Below, in pieces: positions 40,075-53,479 of a stretch of 64,000 nucleotides of DNA. This DNA comes from the human T2T-CHM13v2.0 reference genome, Homo sapiens: NCBI RefSeq assembly GCF_009914755.1, contig NC_060928.1, one strand, 5' to 3'. Position 1 is the stretch's first letter. Each line of letters starts with the position of its first letter. The notes under the pieces were generated by a model. That model was not told where the DNA came from. It ran no database searches and was given only the letters and a program-made list of their open reading frames with translations. Made by a program: the position numbers and the translations under genes.

Positions 40075-40769
40075 TGCTGAGGCTTGAGTAGGTGGTTTCA
40101 CCATCACAGTGTAAACAAAGCCACCAGGAAGTTCGAACTGGGTGGAGCCCACCCCAGCTAAGCAAGGCTGCTGCTGCCAGACTGTCTCCTCTCCGGGCAG
40201 GGCATCTCTGAATAAAAGGCAGCAGCCCCAGTCAGAGACTTATATACACAACCCCTACCTCCCTGGGACAGAGCACCTGGGGAAGGGCTGGTTGTGGGTT
40301 CAGCTTCAGCAGACTTAAAAGTCTCTACCTGGCAGTTCTGAAGAAAACAGCAGATCTACCAGCACAGCATTCGAGCTCTGATAAGGGACAGACTGCCTCC
40401 TCAAGTGGGTCCCTGATCCCCGTGTATCCTGACTAGGAGACACATCCCAGTAGGGGCCAACAGACACCTCATACAGGAGAGCTCTGGCTGGCATCTGGCA
40501 ACTGCCCCTCTGGGATGAAGCTACCAGAGGAAGGAACAGGCAGCAATCTTTGCTGGTCTGCAGCCTCCACCAGTGACATGCAGGCAAACAGGGTCTGGCG
40601 TGGACCTCCAGCAAGCCTCAGCAGACCTGTAGCAGAGAGGCCTGAATGTTAGAAGGAAAACTAACAAACAGAAAGGAATAGTATCAACATCAACAAAAAG
40701 GACATCCACTCAGAGACCCTATCTGAAGGTCACTGACTTCAAAGAACAAAGGTAGATAAAGCCACAAAG

Positions 40770-41795
40770 ATGGAGAGAAACTAGCACAAAAAGGCTGAAA
40801 ATTCCAAAAACCAGAATGCCTCTTCTCCTCCAAAGGATCACAACTCCTCGCCAGCAAGGGAACAAAACTGGATGGAGAATGAGTTTAATGAACTGACAGA
40901 AGTAGGCTTCAGAAGGTGGGTAATAACGAACTCCTCCAAGCTAAAGGAGCATGTCCTAACCCAATGCAAGGTAGCTAAGAACCTTGAAAAAAGGTTAGAC
41001 GAATTGCTAACTAAAATAACCAGTTTAGAGAAGAACATAAATGACCTGATGGAGCTGAAAAACACAGCATGACAACTTCGTGAAGCATACACAAGTACAA
41101 ATAGCCGAATTGATCAAATGGAAGAAAGGATATCAGAGACTGAATATTAACTCAATGAAATAGAGTGAGAAAATAAGATTAGAGAAAAAAGAGTAAAAAG
41201 AAACAAGCAAAGCCTCCAAGAAGTATGGGACTAGGTGAAAAGACCAAACCGACATTTGATTGGTGTACCTGAAAGTGATGGGGAGAAAGGAACCAAGTTG
41301 GAAAACACTCTTCAGGATATTATCCAGGAGAACTTCCCCAACCTAGGAAGGCAGGCCAACATTAAAATTCAGGAAATACAGAGAACACCACAAAGATACT
41401 CCTCAAGAGGAGCAACCCCAAGACACATAATTGTCAGATTCGCCAAGGTTGAAATGCAGGAAAAAACATTAAGGGCAGCCAGAGAGAAAGGTCAGGTTAC
41501 CCACAAAGGGAAGCCCATCAAACTAACAGCTGATGTCCCGCCAGAAACTCTATAAGCCAGAGGAGAGTGGGGGCCAATATTCAACATTCTTAAAGAAAAG
41601 AATTTTCAATCCAGAATTTCATATCCAGTCAAACTAAGCTTCATAAGTGAAGGAGAAATACAATCCTTTACAGACAAGCAAATGCTGAGAGATTTTGTCA
41701 CTACTAGGTCTGCCCTACAAGAGCTCCTGAAGAAAGCACTAAACATGGAAAGGAACAACCAGTACCAACCACTGTAAAAATATACCAAATTGTAA
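40770..41795 (+). pseudogene. L1 ORF1p, disrupted
   Basis: ATG at 40770, stop TAG at codon 5 (40782), further stops at 41070, 41232 and 41553. Fragments MENEFNELTEVGFRR and ENTLQDIIQENFPNL...TPRHIIVRF are ORF1p. Confidence 0.95.
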
Positions 41796-41858
41796 AGACA
41801 ATCGACGCTATGAAGAAACTGCATAAACTGATGGGTAAAATAACCAGCTAGCATCATA

Positions 41859-44800
41859 ATGGCAGGATGAAATTCACACATAACAATATTAGCCTTAAAT
41901 GTAAAGGGCTAAATGCCCCAATTAAAAGACACAGACTGGCAAATTGAATAAAGAGTCCAGACCCATTGGTGTGCTGTATTCAGGAGACCCATCTCATGTG
42001 CAAAGACACACATAGGCTCAAAAGAAAGGGATGGAGGAAGATCTACCAAGCAAATGAAAAGCAAAAAAAAAAAAAAAAAAGCAGTGGTTGCAATCCTGGT
42101 CTCTGATAAAACAGGCTTTAAACCAACAAAGATCAAAAGAGACAAAGAAGGGCATTACATAATGGTAAAGGGATCAATGCAACAAGAAGTGGTAACTCTC
42201 CAATATATATAGGCACCCAAAACAGGAGCCCCAGATTCATAAAGCAAGTTCTTAGAGACATACAAGAGACTTGGATTCCCACACAATCATAGTGGGAGAC
42301 TTTAACACTGCACTGTCAATATTAGATCAATGAGACAGAAAATTAACAAGGATATCCAGGACTTGACCAAGCAGACCTTACAGACAACTACAGATCTCTC
42401 CACCCCAAATCAACAGAATATACATGCTTCTGAGCACAACATCACACTTATTCTGAATTCAACCACATAATTGGAAATAAAACACTCCTCAGCAAATGCA
42501 AAAGAACGGAAATCATAACAAACAGTCTCTTAGACCACAGTGCAATCAAATTAGAACTCAGGATTAAGAAACTCACTCAAAACCACACAACTACATGGAA
42601 ACTGAACAACCTGCTCCTGAATGACTACTGGGTACATAACGAAATGAAGGCAGAAATAAAGATATTCTTTGAAACCAATGAGAACAAAGACACAACATAC
42701 CAGAATCTCTGGAACTCATTTAAAGCAGTGTGTAGAGGGAAATTTATAGCACTAAATGCCCACAAAAGAAAGCAAGAAAGATCTAAAAGCAACACCCTAA
42801 CATCAAAATTAAAAGAACTAATGAGGCAAGAGCAAACAAATTCAAAAGCTAGCAGAAGACAAGAAATAGCTATGATCAGAGCAGAACTGAAGGAGACAGA
42901 GACGTGAAAAACGCTTCAAAAAATCAATGAATCCAAGAGCGGGTTTTTTGAAAAGATCAGCAAAATAGATAGACCACTAGGCAGACTAATAAAGAAGAAA
43001 AGAAAGAAAAATCAAATAGATGCAATAAAAATGATAAAGGGGTTATCACCACTGATCCCACAAAAATACAAACTACCATCAGAGAAACTATAAACACTTC
43101 TACACAAATAAACTAAAAAATCTAAAAGCAATGGATAAATTCCTGGACACATATACCCTCCTGAGACTAAACCAGGAAGAAGTCGAATCCCTGAATAGAC
43201 CAATAACAAGTTCTGAAATTGAGGCAGCAATTAATAGCCTACCAACCAAAAAAAGTCCAGGACCAGACGGATTCACAACCAAATTCTACTAGAGGTACAA
43301 AGAGGAGCTAGTACCATTCCTTCTGAAACTATTCCAAACAATAGAAAAAGAGGGAATCCTCCGTAACTCATTTTATGAGGCCAGCATCATCCTGATACCA
43401 AAACCTGACAGAGACACAACAAAAAATGAAAATTTCAAGCAAATATCCCTGAGGAACATTGATATGAAAATCCTCAATAAAATACTGGCAAACCGAATCC
43501 AGCAGCACATCAAAAACCTTATCCACCATGATCAAGTGAGCTTCATCCCTGGGATGCAAGGCTGGTTCAACATACACAAATCAATAAACATAATCCATCA
43601 CGTAAACAGAACCAATGACAAAAACCACATGATTATCTCAATAGATGAAGAAAAGGCCTTTGACAAAATTCAACAGCCCTTCATGCTAAAAACTCTAAAT
43701 GAACTAGGCATTGATGGAACGTATCTCAAAATAATAAGAGCTATTTATGACAAACCCGCAGCCAACATCATACTGGATGGGCAAAAACTGGAAGCATTCC
43801 CTTTGAAAACCGGCACAAGATAAGGATGTCCTCTCTCGCCACTACTATTCAACATAGTATTGGAAGTTCTGGCCAGGGCAATCAGGCAAGAGAAAGTAAT
43901 AAAGGGTATTCAAACAGGAAAAGAGGAAGTCAAATTATCTCTGTTTGCAGATGATATGATTGTATATTTAGAAAACCACATCATCTCAGCCCCAAATCTC
44001 CTTAAGCTGATAAGCAATTTCAGCAGTCTCAGGATAGAAAATCAATGTGCAAAAATCACAAGCATTCCTATATACCAATAAAAGACAAACAGAGAGCCAA
44101 ATCATGAGTGAACTCCAATTCACAATTGCTAAAAACAGAATGAAATACCTAGGAATCCAACTTAAAAGAGATGTGAAGGATCTCTTCAAGGACAGCTACA
44201 AACCACAGCTCAAGGAAATAAGAGAGGACACAAACAAATGGGAAAACATTCCATGCTTATGGATAGGAAGAACAAATATCATCAAAATGGCCATATTGCC
44301 CAGAGTAATTTAAAGATTTAATGATATCCCGATCAAGCTACCATTAATTTTCTTCACAGAATTGAAAAAACTACTTTAAATTTCATTTGGAACCAAAAAA
44401 GAGCCCACATAACCAAGACCATCCTAAGCAGAAGGAAGAAAGCTGGAGGCATTGTGCTACCTGACTTCGAACTATACTACAAGGCTACAGTAACAAAAAC
44501 AGCTTGGTACTGGTACCAAAACAGATACATAGACCAATGGAACAGAAAAGAAGCCTCAGAAATAATGCCACACATCTACAACCATCTGATCTTTGACCAA
44601 CCTGACAAAAACAAGCAAGGGGGAAAGGATTCCCTATTTAATAAATGATGTTAGGAAAACTGGCTAGCCATATGCAGAAAGTTGAAACTGGATCCCTTCC
44701 TTACACCTTACACAAAATTAACTTCAGATGGATTAAAGACTTAAATGTAAGACCAAAACCCATAAAAACCCTAGAAGAAAACCTAGGCAATACCATTCAG

Positions 44801-45666
44801 GACATTGGCATGGGCAAAGACTTCATGACTAAAACACCAAAAGCAATGGCAACAAATGCCAAAATAGACAAATGGGATCTGATTAAACTAAAAAGCTTCT
44901 GCACAGCAAAAGAAACTATCATCAGAGTGAACAGGCAACCTACAGAATGGGAGAAAATTTTTGCAATTTATCCATCTGACAAAGGGGTAATATACAGAAT
45001 CTACTAAGAACTTGAACAGATTTACAAGAAAAAAACAAACAACCCCATCAAAAAGTGGGCAAAGGATATGAATAGACACTTCTCAAAAGAAGACGATTAT
45101 GGCATCCAACAAACATATGTAAAAAAGCTCATCATCACTGGTCATTAGAGAAATGTAAATCAAAACCACAATGAGATACCATCTCACGACAGTTGGAATG
45201 GCAATAATTAAAAAGCTAGGGAACAACAGATGCTGGAGAGGATGTGGAGAAATAGGAACGCTTTTACAGTGTTGGGAGTGTAAATTAGTTCAACCATTGT
45301 GGAAGTCAGTGTGACAATTCCTCAGGGATCTAGAACTAGAAATACCATGTGACCCAGCCATCCCATTACTGGGTATATACCCAAAGGACTATAAATCATT
45401 CTACTCTAAAGACATGAACACGTATGTTTATTGTGGCACTATTCACAATAGCAAAGACTTGGAACCAACCCAAATGCACATCAATGATAGACTGGATAAA
45501 GAAAATGTGGCACATATACACCATGGAATACTATGCAGCCATGAAAAAGGATGAGTTCATGTCCTTTGCAGGGACGTGGATGAAGCTGGAAACCATCATT
45601 CTCAGCAGACTAACACAGGAACAGAAAACCAAACACTGCATGTTCTCACTCATAAGTGGGAGATGA
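41859..45666 (+). pseudogene. L1 ORF2p (endonuclease / reverse transcriptase), disrupted
   Basis: ATG at 41859 followed by TGA at codon 4. Fragments in several frames ([62 protein letters not shown]) show many stops and frameshifts. Confidence 0.97.
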
Positions 45667-47109
45667 ACAATGAGAACACATGGACAGAGGGAGGGGAACA
45701 TCACACACCAGGGCCTTCAGGGTGTGGGGGGCTGGGGGAGGGATAGCATTAGGAGAAATAACTAATGTAGATGACGGGTTGATGGGTGCAGCAAACCACC
45801 ATGGCACGTATATACCTATGTAACAAACCTGCACATTCTGCACATGTACCCTAGAACTTAAAGTATAATAAAAAATAAATAAATAAAAAAACTACAGTAA
45901 GTTAATACATTTTCAGTGTGTACCTGTCATTTTATAACTTTAGAATTAGGCCTGCAGAAAGCATAAAACCTAGAGCTGCTGGGGATCATGTGCTTGGGAA
46001 ATGGTCTTGAAGTCACTCACCTCACAGTAAATATTCAGCAGCATGCCTACATCACTACCAGTTACTTATACCTCACAGAAGGATAGAGAGGCTCACAGCC
46101 AGGTTTTCCAGCATGGGTGGAAGGGTGTAGGTATTTCAAAAAAGAAAAAAAAGACAGAACCGGGACGCACCTTGAATGACTTGGTGGTGTCCCCACCGTG
46201 ATAAGGAAGTGTTATTAGCATGAAGACATATGCCTGGAAATTGGGGACTTTGATCAGGAGTGCTGCTGTGGTCCATGCACTGTAGGGGCAACTTCAGCTT
46301 TAATGCAGTTATGTTTCCATATCTTTATCGACGGTAAAGTAAATTGTATTATGTTATCTATTTCCATTGGCTTCTGTCAATCACGTTGCCATCTATCTTG
46401 TGATGAAGCTACAGTTTTCTTCCTTTTAGGCAAACAAAGATAGGGCAGCATGGATGTTTTTGGCATCTTTACAAAACCAAAATCAGCTGCAGCCAGTGAT
46501 AATGGTTAGCCATTCTCCCTGCCATGTCTAGGAAGATATCCTAACCTAAAGCCTTCTACATGGTACACTTGTTCTTAAACTCTATCCCTGGTAAATCCTG
46601 GACATAAGTACATGTAATGCATGGCAGAAAAGATTCTATTTTAACTTGACATTGTGTAATCTTTTCCCCTTCAATGGTTACAAAAGTCTGTAACTGCTAT
46701 CTAGAACAGCAGATAATTCACTTTTACTCAGAATTAGCCATTCTTCCCCAGCCACATCTTATTATCACCCAGATCCTTCCCTCCCTTATTAGACATCATC
46801 CCTAGCATAGCAACTCTAGAATGACACAACAGTGGGTCCTTAACAGGGGCTGATTCACCTTTTGTTATAAATTGTAACTTATTATATATATTAGTATGTC
46901 TTTGATGCTAGAGAGTTCAATTTTTTATGTGTAATTTTTATGCTTTTATGTGCAAAAAGGTCCAGATTATAGTTCTTCCAAGTTTCCCATTTTGTTTGTA
47001 TGTGGAACACTTGGGAATATCTATTAACTCCAATTTAATAGCTTCCTTTATTTTTTTCCTAATGTACTATAATCATACAATTTCTCCTGTTACTGATTTA
47101 CAATCAGAA

Positions 47110-47595
47110 TTTGAATAGCAGAAAAAAAGAATCCAATGTGTTCTACCTCACTAATAATAAAGAAATAAAAATTAAAACATATTTTTAAACTATCAAGTTA
47201 ACAAAAATTGAAAGCAAAATGTTAATATCTGGTATTGGAAAGTGCATAGTAAAAGATATTCTCATTTGCTGAAGGTAGTAATTTAAGTTGGTGCAATTTT
47301 GTGGAGTGAATTCTAATGATGTTTATTAAGACTTTTCAAAATATTCATGCCATTAACTTTAGCATAAATGCTTTAGGAATGCATTTTTTAAAATTATGAG
47401 AGGGCTGTATAGAGACTTACATATAATTTCATTATAATGAAATTTTGCATTATTTTATATATTATATACATATATCATACAAGTATAATAGTAACCCTTG
47501 CAGACAATCAAAATTTCTAAAGAATAGGGGGATGATTCTCTAAATTAAGATATATCCTTATGATGGAATATTATACACATACATCATTCAGATAT
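47110..47595 (+). mobile_element. Ancient L1 (L1M) 3' fragment hosting the MER21 nest
   Basis: ttctacctcactaataataaagaaat, ggtattggaaag, gttggtgcaattttgtggag, tgatggaatattatac. Confidence 0.6.
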
Positions 47596-48249
47596 ATGCT
47601 GTGGCATAATGAGAAATATATATTTGGTCTCTTCCCCTGTTCTGTGGCACCAGTTCCTAAAACCCTCAGAATCTCTGGAATGAAGAGTATCCTTTTGAAT
47701 GCTAATAAGATGACTGGTGGCTAGGGACTCCTGAACAGCCTCAGGATGTGATTAGAGAGCTGGAAGTTTCAGCCCCACCTCTTAACCTTAGGAGAGAGGA
47801 GATGAGCTAGAGAATGATCAACAAGGCATGATTTGATTAACCATGCCTATGTAATGAAGCTCCCATAAAAAGAGGCAAACCCTAAAGGACAGATTCAGGG
47901 AGATTCCAGGTTAGAGAAGACGTAGAGGTGCGGGGAGGATGGCATATTCAGAGAGGCCAGGGAAGCTCCTCATCTCTTCTCTCATTGCTTTTTATAATAA
48001 GCCAGTAATCTAATAAGTGAATTGTTTTCCTGAGTTCTGGGGGGACATTCTGCTAAATGATCAACCCCAACGAGAAGGTGTGGAAACTTCTGATTTTATA
48101 GCTGCTTGCTCAGAAGCACTGGTGACGACTAAGACTTGCAAGTGGCATCTGAAGTGGGGGGCAGTATTGTGGAGCCTGAGTCCTTAACTCAGGATTTGAT
48201 GCTATCTCCAGGTAGATAGTGTTAGAAGTGAGTTAAATTATAGGACACC

Positions 48250-48567
<318 letters not shown>

Positions 48568-48664
48568 TAGGACACCTAATTGGTGTCTGCAGAGAATTGG
48601 AGCATTGATCAGCATGAAAAAAATCCTCATACATTTTGGTGAGCAAAAGTGAAGGGTTAAGAGT

Positions 48665-49077
48665 TGTCTTCATCTGTTTTTTTGTTGCATATGAAATAAT
48701 ACTTGAAATTGGATAATTTATTTAAAAAAAGAAATTTATTTCTTCAGTTATAGAGGTTGCAAAGTCCAAGGTCAAGGGGGCACATTTAGTGAGAGGCTTC
48801 TTGTTGGTAGGGACTCTCTGCAGAGTTCCAAGGCAGCGCAGGTCATCATATGGCCAGGGGGCTGAGTGTGCTAGGTCAGGTCTCCCTTCCTCTTCTTATA
48901 AAGTCAGAAGTCCCACTCCCATGAGAACCCATTAATCCACCAACCCATTATTAACCCATTCATGAAGGCAGAGCCTTCATGACTCAATCACCTTTTAAAG
49001 GCCCCACCTCTCAAAACTGCCACATTGGGGATTAAATTTCATGAGTTTTGGAAGGAACACATATTCAAACCATAGCA
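48665..49077 (-). mobile_element. MST (MSTB/C-like) MaLR solo LTR
   Basis: Minus strand starts tgctatggtttgaatatgtg. Body aagtccaaggtcaagggg, cattcatgaaggcagagccttcatgactcaatcacc, ggccccacctctcaa. Confidence 0.88.
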
Positions 49078-50979
49078 CAAGTAGAGAGGGGGAAAGGTTG
49101 TTTTTCCTATACATATCCCTATAGCTATTGGTAGAGATGTATAAATAGAAATGATTAGATAGAAATATAAAACGCAAAAAAGTTATCAGTTAAAAAGTAA
49201 TGGGATTATTAGTCATATTTATTTTTTATTTACACGTTCCTATATTTTCTTTGAAGCTTTTACAAGGACTATCAATCATTTTATAACTCAGAAAAATGTC
49301 ACAACAACCTAAAAAAAAGACCATGTAAAATGATGAGGAAAAACCAAATACTAAGCAAAATGCTTTCCTTTTCCTTGTAATGTCAATTTGCAATGTTCCT
49401 TCATCTTCCTATTTACTTGGTGTGGCTGAAAAGATGGAGAGTTTTTCTGCTCAGATTTCTTGGCCTCAGTAGTGAGTCCTGGACAGTTTTAGGGTTGTTC
49501 CCACCCTTAAAGCATTATTTGGGGAGCCCCACTGGAGTTCAGTAGCCTAACCTTAGCCATGTGCTGGACTCTCCCATTTACTGTGAGACAAAAAGGTACT
49601 GTGCCAATTATCTATGGCCTCATGAAGCAAATCCTGTTGCCATCTTCTCCTCTCCCTCAAGACTACTGATTTTGTGCAGAGAAAACAGTTACTCTGTGTC
49701 TTACCTGGGAAATCGCTTGTTTGAAAATCCCCATTCGTCCTCTCTATACTTTATGTGTTGTACCTGAGTCTCCATCCTTATGAATAAACTCCCGGATATC
49801 TGTGTCATGCCTATTCAGCAGACCATTACACAAATTTGCACAAAATATATGCTCTTGATATTTTGCTATTGTTCTAGTAAATGTTAAAGTTCTTTTGATA
49901 TGACAGATAGCAACCCCTTATCAATCTTATTCCAAAGATTTCCAACACCCTTTTTCTTTTTATGTTAATTTTATTTTTATTACATAGGCATTTTAAGCAT
50001 ATATTAATTTTTCAGTGTCCTGTAATTTACTTTGTTGTGTCAAATACAACAAATAGACTTTCATCTATAGATTTTTAAAAATTCTGTATTATTTTCAGTT
50101 AGAAGTCGTTACATTTTACATCCTGTAAGAGGGAAAGCCATGATCTCTGGGATTTACTCTAGAAGGGGGAGATGTATATTTCTGGTGCTGAGATTTTTTC
50201 ATGACACTAATTTGTAGCTTTCACTGGCAAGGCCTCTACAACTGGTGCTAGTGTTGGAATTGACTGGGAGGATGTGAACTTGAAAACAAGACGACTTGGA
50301 ATAGAATACTCTCCTGAGGGGTGGATGGTTTGCCTCAGAAATATGGTGGCTGACTGCAACCGATGAAGGACAGCCTATAAACAAAATCCTTCTAGGATTA
50401 TCTTGGGACGAACCATGGATGCTGGGAACTAGAATATTTTATTTTTAGTTTTAATTTATTTTCCACAATGTCACTTCATTATTTTAGCTTCCAGCCTCAG
50501 TCTTATGAAGGCAACTACAATCTGAGTAATAATAAAATGTCCAAATTCATGTTTTGGAGGTGAAGTTTGTGAAAGAATGCTACACTGCTAGAATACTCTA
50601 CCCTTAGAACACATGGAAAGAGTCTCATACTCAGAAATACTTGGACGAGAGATTAGTTTTCCTGGAGTCCAATAGGATAAGGCTTTGTTTATTGTTACTT
50701 AAATTAAAGGGGAAGGTAATTCTAGAAGGAAAAGTATAATTTAGTATAACCCCACTTGAGTTTTATTTATTTATTTTTTTTTTGGTCAATTGCTATGCAG
50801 TTCTAGCCATACAGTTTTTAAAATGGACATTGCTTCTGCTTTGTTTTCATATTTTACTTTTTCTTATAAAAATGTTATGCAGCTGAATTGATTTCAGCGT
50901 CTTCCTTTTTCCTCTAAGACCCTGATTTCTTTACATCAATACCACCCTGCTTTAAATTAGACTTTTTGAGGTTTGTTTT

Positions 50980-51443
50980 GTTGCTTAGCTTACTGGGGCT
51001 GCTGCGATAAAGCCCCACAAACTTGGTGGCTTAAGGTGACAGAAATGTATTCTCTCACTGGAGGCTGGACATCTGGAATCAACACACAAACAATGCCATG
51101 TTTTCTCTGAAGGCTCTGAAGGCTGATCCTTTCCTGCCTCTTCCTAGCTGCTGGTGGCTGCCAGCAAGCTTTGGTGGTCTTTGGCTTGGGATGCCCTAAC
51201 TCCAAGGTCTGCCTTCATCTTAGCATGGTGTTCTCCCTGTGTGTCTGTGTCTCTGTGCCCAAATTTCCCTGTTTCTAAAAGGATGTCAATCACATTGGAT
51301 TAAGAGCCCACTCTAATCCAGCATGACCTCATCTTTACTTGATTATATCTGCAATGGCCTTATTTGCAAAAGGGGTTGTATCATCTGTATCACTGATTCC
51401 AGATGAACATGAAATTTTCTGGGACAGTATTCAACCTAGTACA
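50980..51443 (-). mobile_element. MLT1C/B-like MaLR solo LTR
   Basis: ggggctgct...cacaaacttggtggcttaa...cagaaatgtattctctca...ttcctagctgctggtggctgccagcaa...gacctcatcttt...attcaacctagtaca. Confidence 0.85.
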
Positions 51444-51589
51444 AGTATATTCTAATATATCTCCTTGTAATGTTGCCTTTAGTTTGTTTGTTTGTTACAC
51501 AGACCTATGGAATCATAGCGCTTATGTGATATTGCCACTTGGATTTAAGAGTGAAAAAAAAAACCAACAACCTTGTTTCTTTCACTAAG

Positions 51590-52150
51590 TAAGCAACCAT
51601 TTACCCATGAATATATGCTATGTGTCAGACACTGTTTTAGACACAGGGTGTGTCTGACTTCATCCAAATGGGGTGGCTGACCTCACAGGACTTATATTCT
51701 AGTGAGAAAGGTGAGAGATACAGACAATTAACTAGTAAATAATTAGATAACAACATTTCAAATATTCAGAAAAAAAACAATACAGGATAAAGGGAGAGAA
51801 ATTCTCCATGAGTGAATTCACCAGGAGTGAGTAACAGTGGGGAAGTGACAGAGACCTGAAGGATGAGAAACAGCCCACCTTGTGGATTCTCAAGCAAAGA
51901 CATTTGAGGGAGAAGTCATAGTCAGTGCTCAGACCTTTGGTTCTGACACATCCATGGCCTATTCAAAGGATTTCAAAAAGTTGAATTCAAAGGGGAAATG
52001 TAGGCCAGGAAGCCAGAGAGGGAGACAGGGATCAGGTTATGCAGGGTCTTACCATGCCAGGAATTCAGATTTTATTCTAATTATAAGAGGAAGTCACTGG
52101 AAGGTTATAAAAAAAGTATGATCTGACTTAAGCTTTCAAAAATATGATTC
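51590..52150 (-). mobile_element. L2 fragment
   Basis: ctatgtgtcagacactgttttagacac, gacttatattctagtgaga, agagacctgaaggatgagaa, gattttattctaa...cactggaagg. Confidence 0.7.
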
Positions 52151-52209
52151 TGCGAGTAGTTCTCGCAACCGTTCTCCTTGACACTTGGAGAGTTACAGTC
52201 TCTACATGT

Positions 52210-52535
52210 GCCAGGATAGTCTGAGCTATGTTGAAATAGCAAATATAAACTCAAAAATTTCAGTGGTGTAGCACAGTATAGAAATTTTTCTTCTTCATGT
52301 AAAGTCTGGTATAGGTCAGGAGTCTCTTCCATTCCATAGCTGTGTGATTTAGAATGTGTAGTCCCCAAGGATACTTAGACTGGGAAAGAAAGACGATGGG
52401 GGATTGTGTAAGATATTTTTAAAGGCCAGACTTGGAAATGGCTTTCATGGCATTCACCCACATGTTGTGGACCTGAATTCAGTCACAGGGTACCAAAGGC
52501 CCAACAAAGGAGGCTAGGAAATTGTATCTTCTTGT
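52210..52535 (-). mobile_element. Old MLT1 (I/J-like) LTR
   Basis: aatttcagtggtgtagcaca, ggccagacttggaaatggc, agtcaca...aaaggaggctaggaaattgt. Confidence 0.6.
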
Positions 52536-53479
52536 CTAAGAAGAGGAAGAAGATGTTTCTACCAAACTGCTTGAAGAGGAAGTAGATGTTTCTACCAAAC
52601 TGCTTGAGGCAAGATAATTCTGACTTGTTGCTTTTTGGAAGCATAAGAAGCTGGTGGATGTTCCATTCTTTCCATTGCATTCTTTAGGAATGCTTAAGTG
52701 AGATCTTCAGGTCTTTCCAGGGTCTTGGCATCAACTAGCAACCAGGAGCCTCATTAATCTGCTACAGTTCCACCCCCGCCGCCGACCTCCTAATTTACCT
52801 AGACTCTTGCTACAATGATGATGTGTTCCTTGGCCTTTCTGAATTAGAGTTGCCTTACTACAACAAATTGAAATAGCCTATATCAAAGAAATTTCTCCAG
52901 AACTAGACTCTAGAATGATATACAACTCACACAACTCAGAACCCAAAAGACAGGCACTTGGCATGGTTAGAATGAACTATAGGCAGCTGAATCTTTTCCT
53001 GAATTAAGAGAGAGGACTGTTGTAATGCATATCACTGACAAGGGCCATTTCTCTGGCCCTTGTTTACAGTCAGCAAAATGGCACGTCTCTCCAGATTTTT
53101 CTTTACACAGCTCCTTTTCCCTGTGAGAATGGGAAACTTCCTATTTCAGGTTCACAAAGGGAAAGTTACAATTATTTTGACGTATGAGGAACTTGCCTCC
53201 AAGCCAGTAAAAATACAAATACTGGTGATGCTGAAACTATTGACTGATTATTATGATTTTTTTGGCTGGGCATTGTCATAAATTATTTAGGATATTTTTT
53301 CTTTTAATGCTTACCACAAACTTATGCAGTAAAAACCATTCAAAACTTGTTAAAAATGAGGAGTAGAAAGGCTAAGTCCTCTTCCTAGTCACATGGTGGC
53401 AAACAGTGACCCAGCATTTAAACCCATGGGTTTCTGACTCCTAGTCTCATGTTGTTAATCACAAGAAAAGGATAAAACA

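Larger units (their letters stand above)
39460..45884 (+). mobile_element. Near-full-length LINE-1 (L1PA7-like), inactivated
   Basis: 5'UTR starts aagatggctgaataggaacag. Has ORF1, a 63-nt spacer, ORF2 (EN, RT with LFADD, C-terminal region), a G-rich 3'UTR, AATAAA and an A-tail. TSD core aactacaataag (39451-39462) / aactacagtaag (45890-45901) at a tttt/aaaaaa endonuclease site. Confidence 0.98.

Noticed and set aside
40770-45666. Potentially active L1 or a novel reverse-transcriptase system
   Set aside because: Ordinary L1 ORF1/ORF2 with early stops, many frameshifts and a CpG-decayed promoter; not retrotransposition-competent.
52541-52606. CRISPR-like 33-bp direct repeat
   Set aside because: Only two adjacent copies, no spacers, no cas genes, and a primate genomic context.
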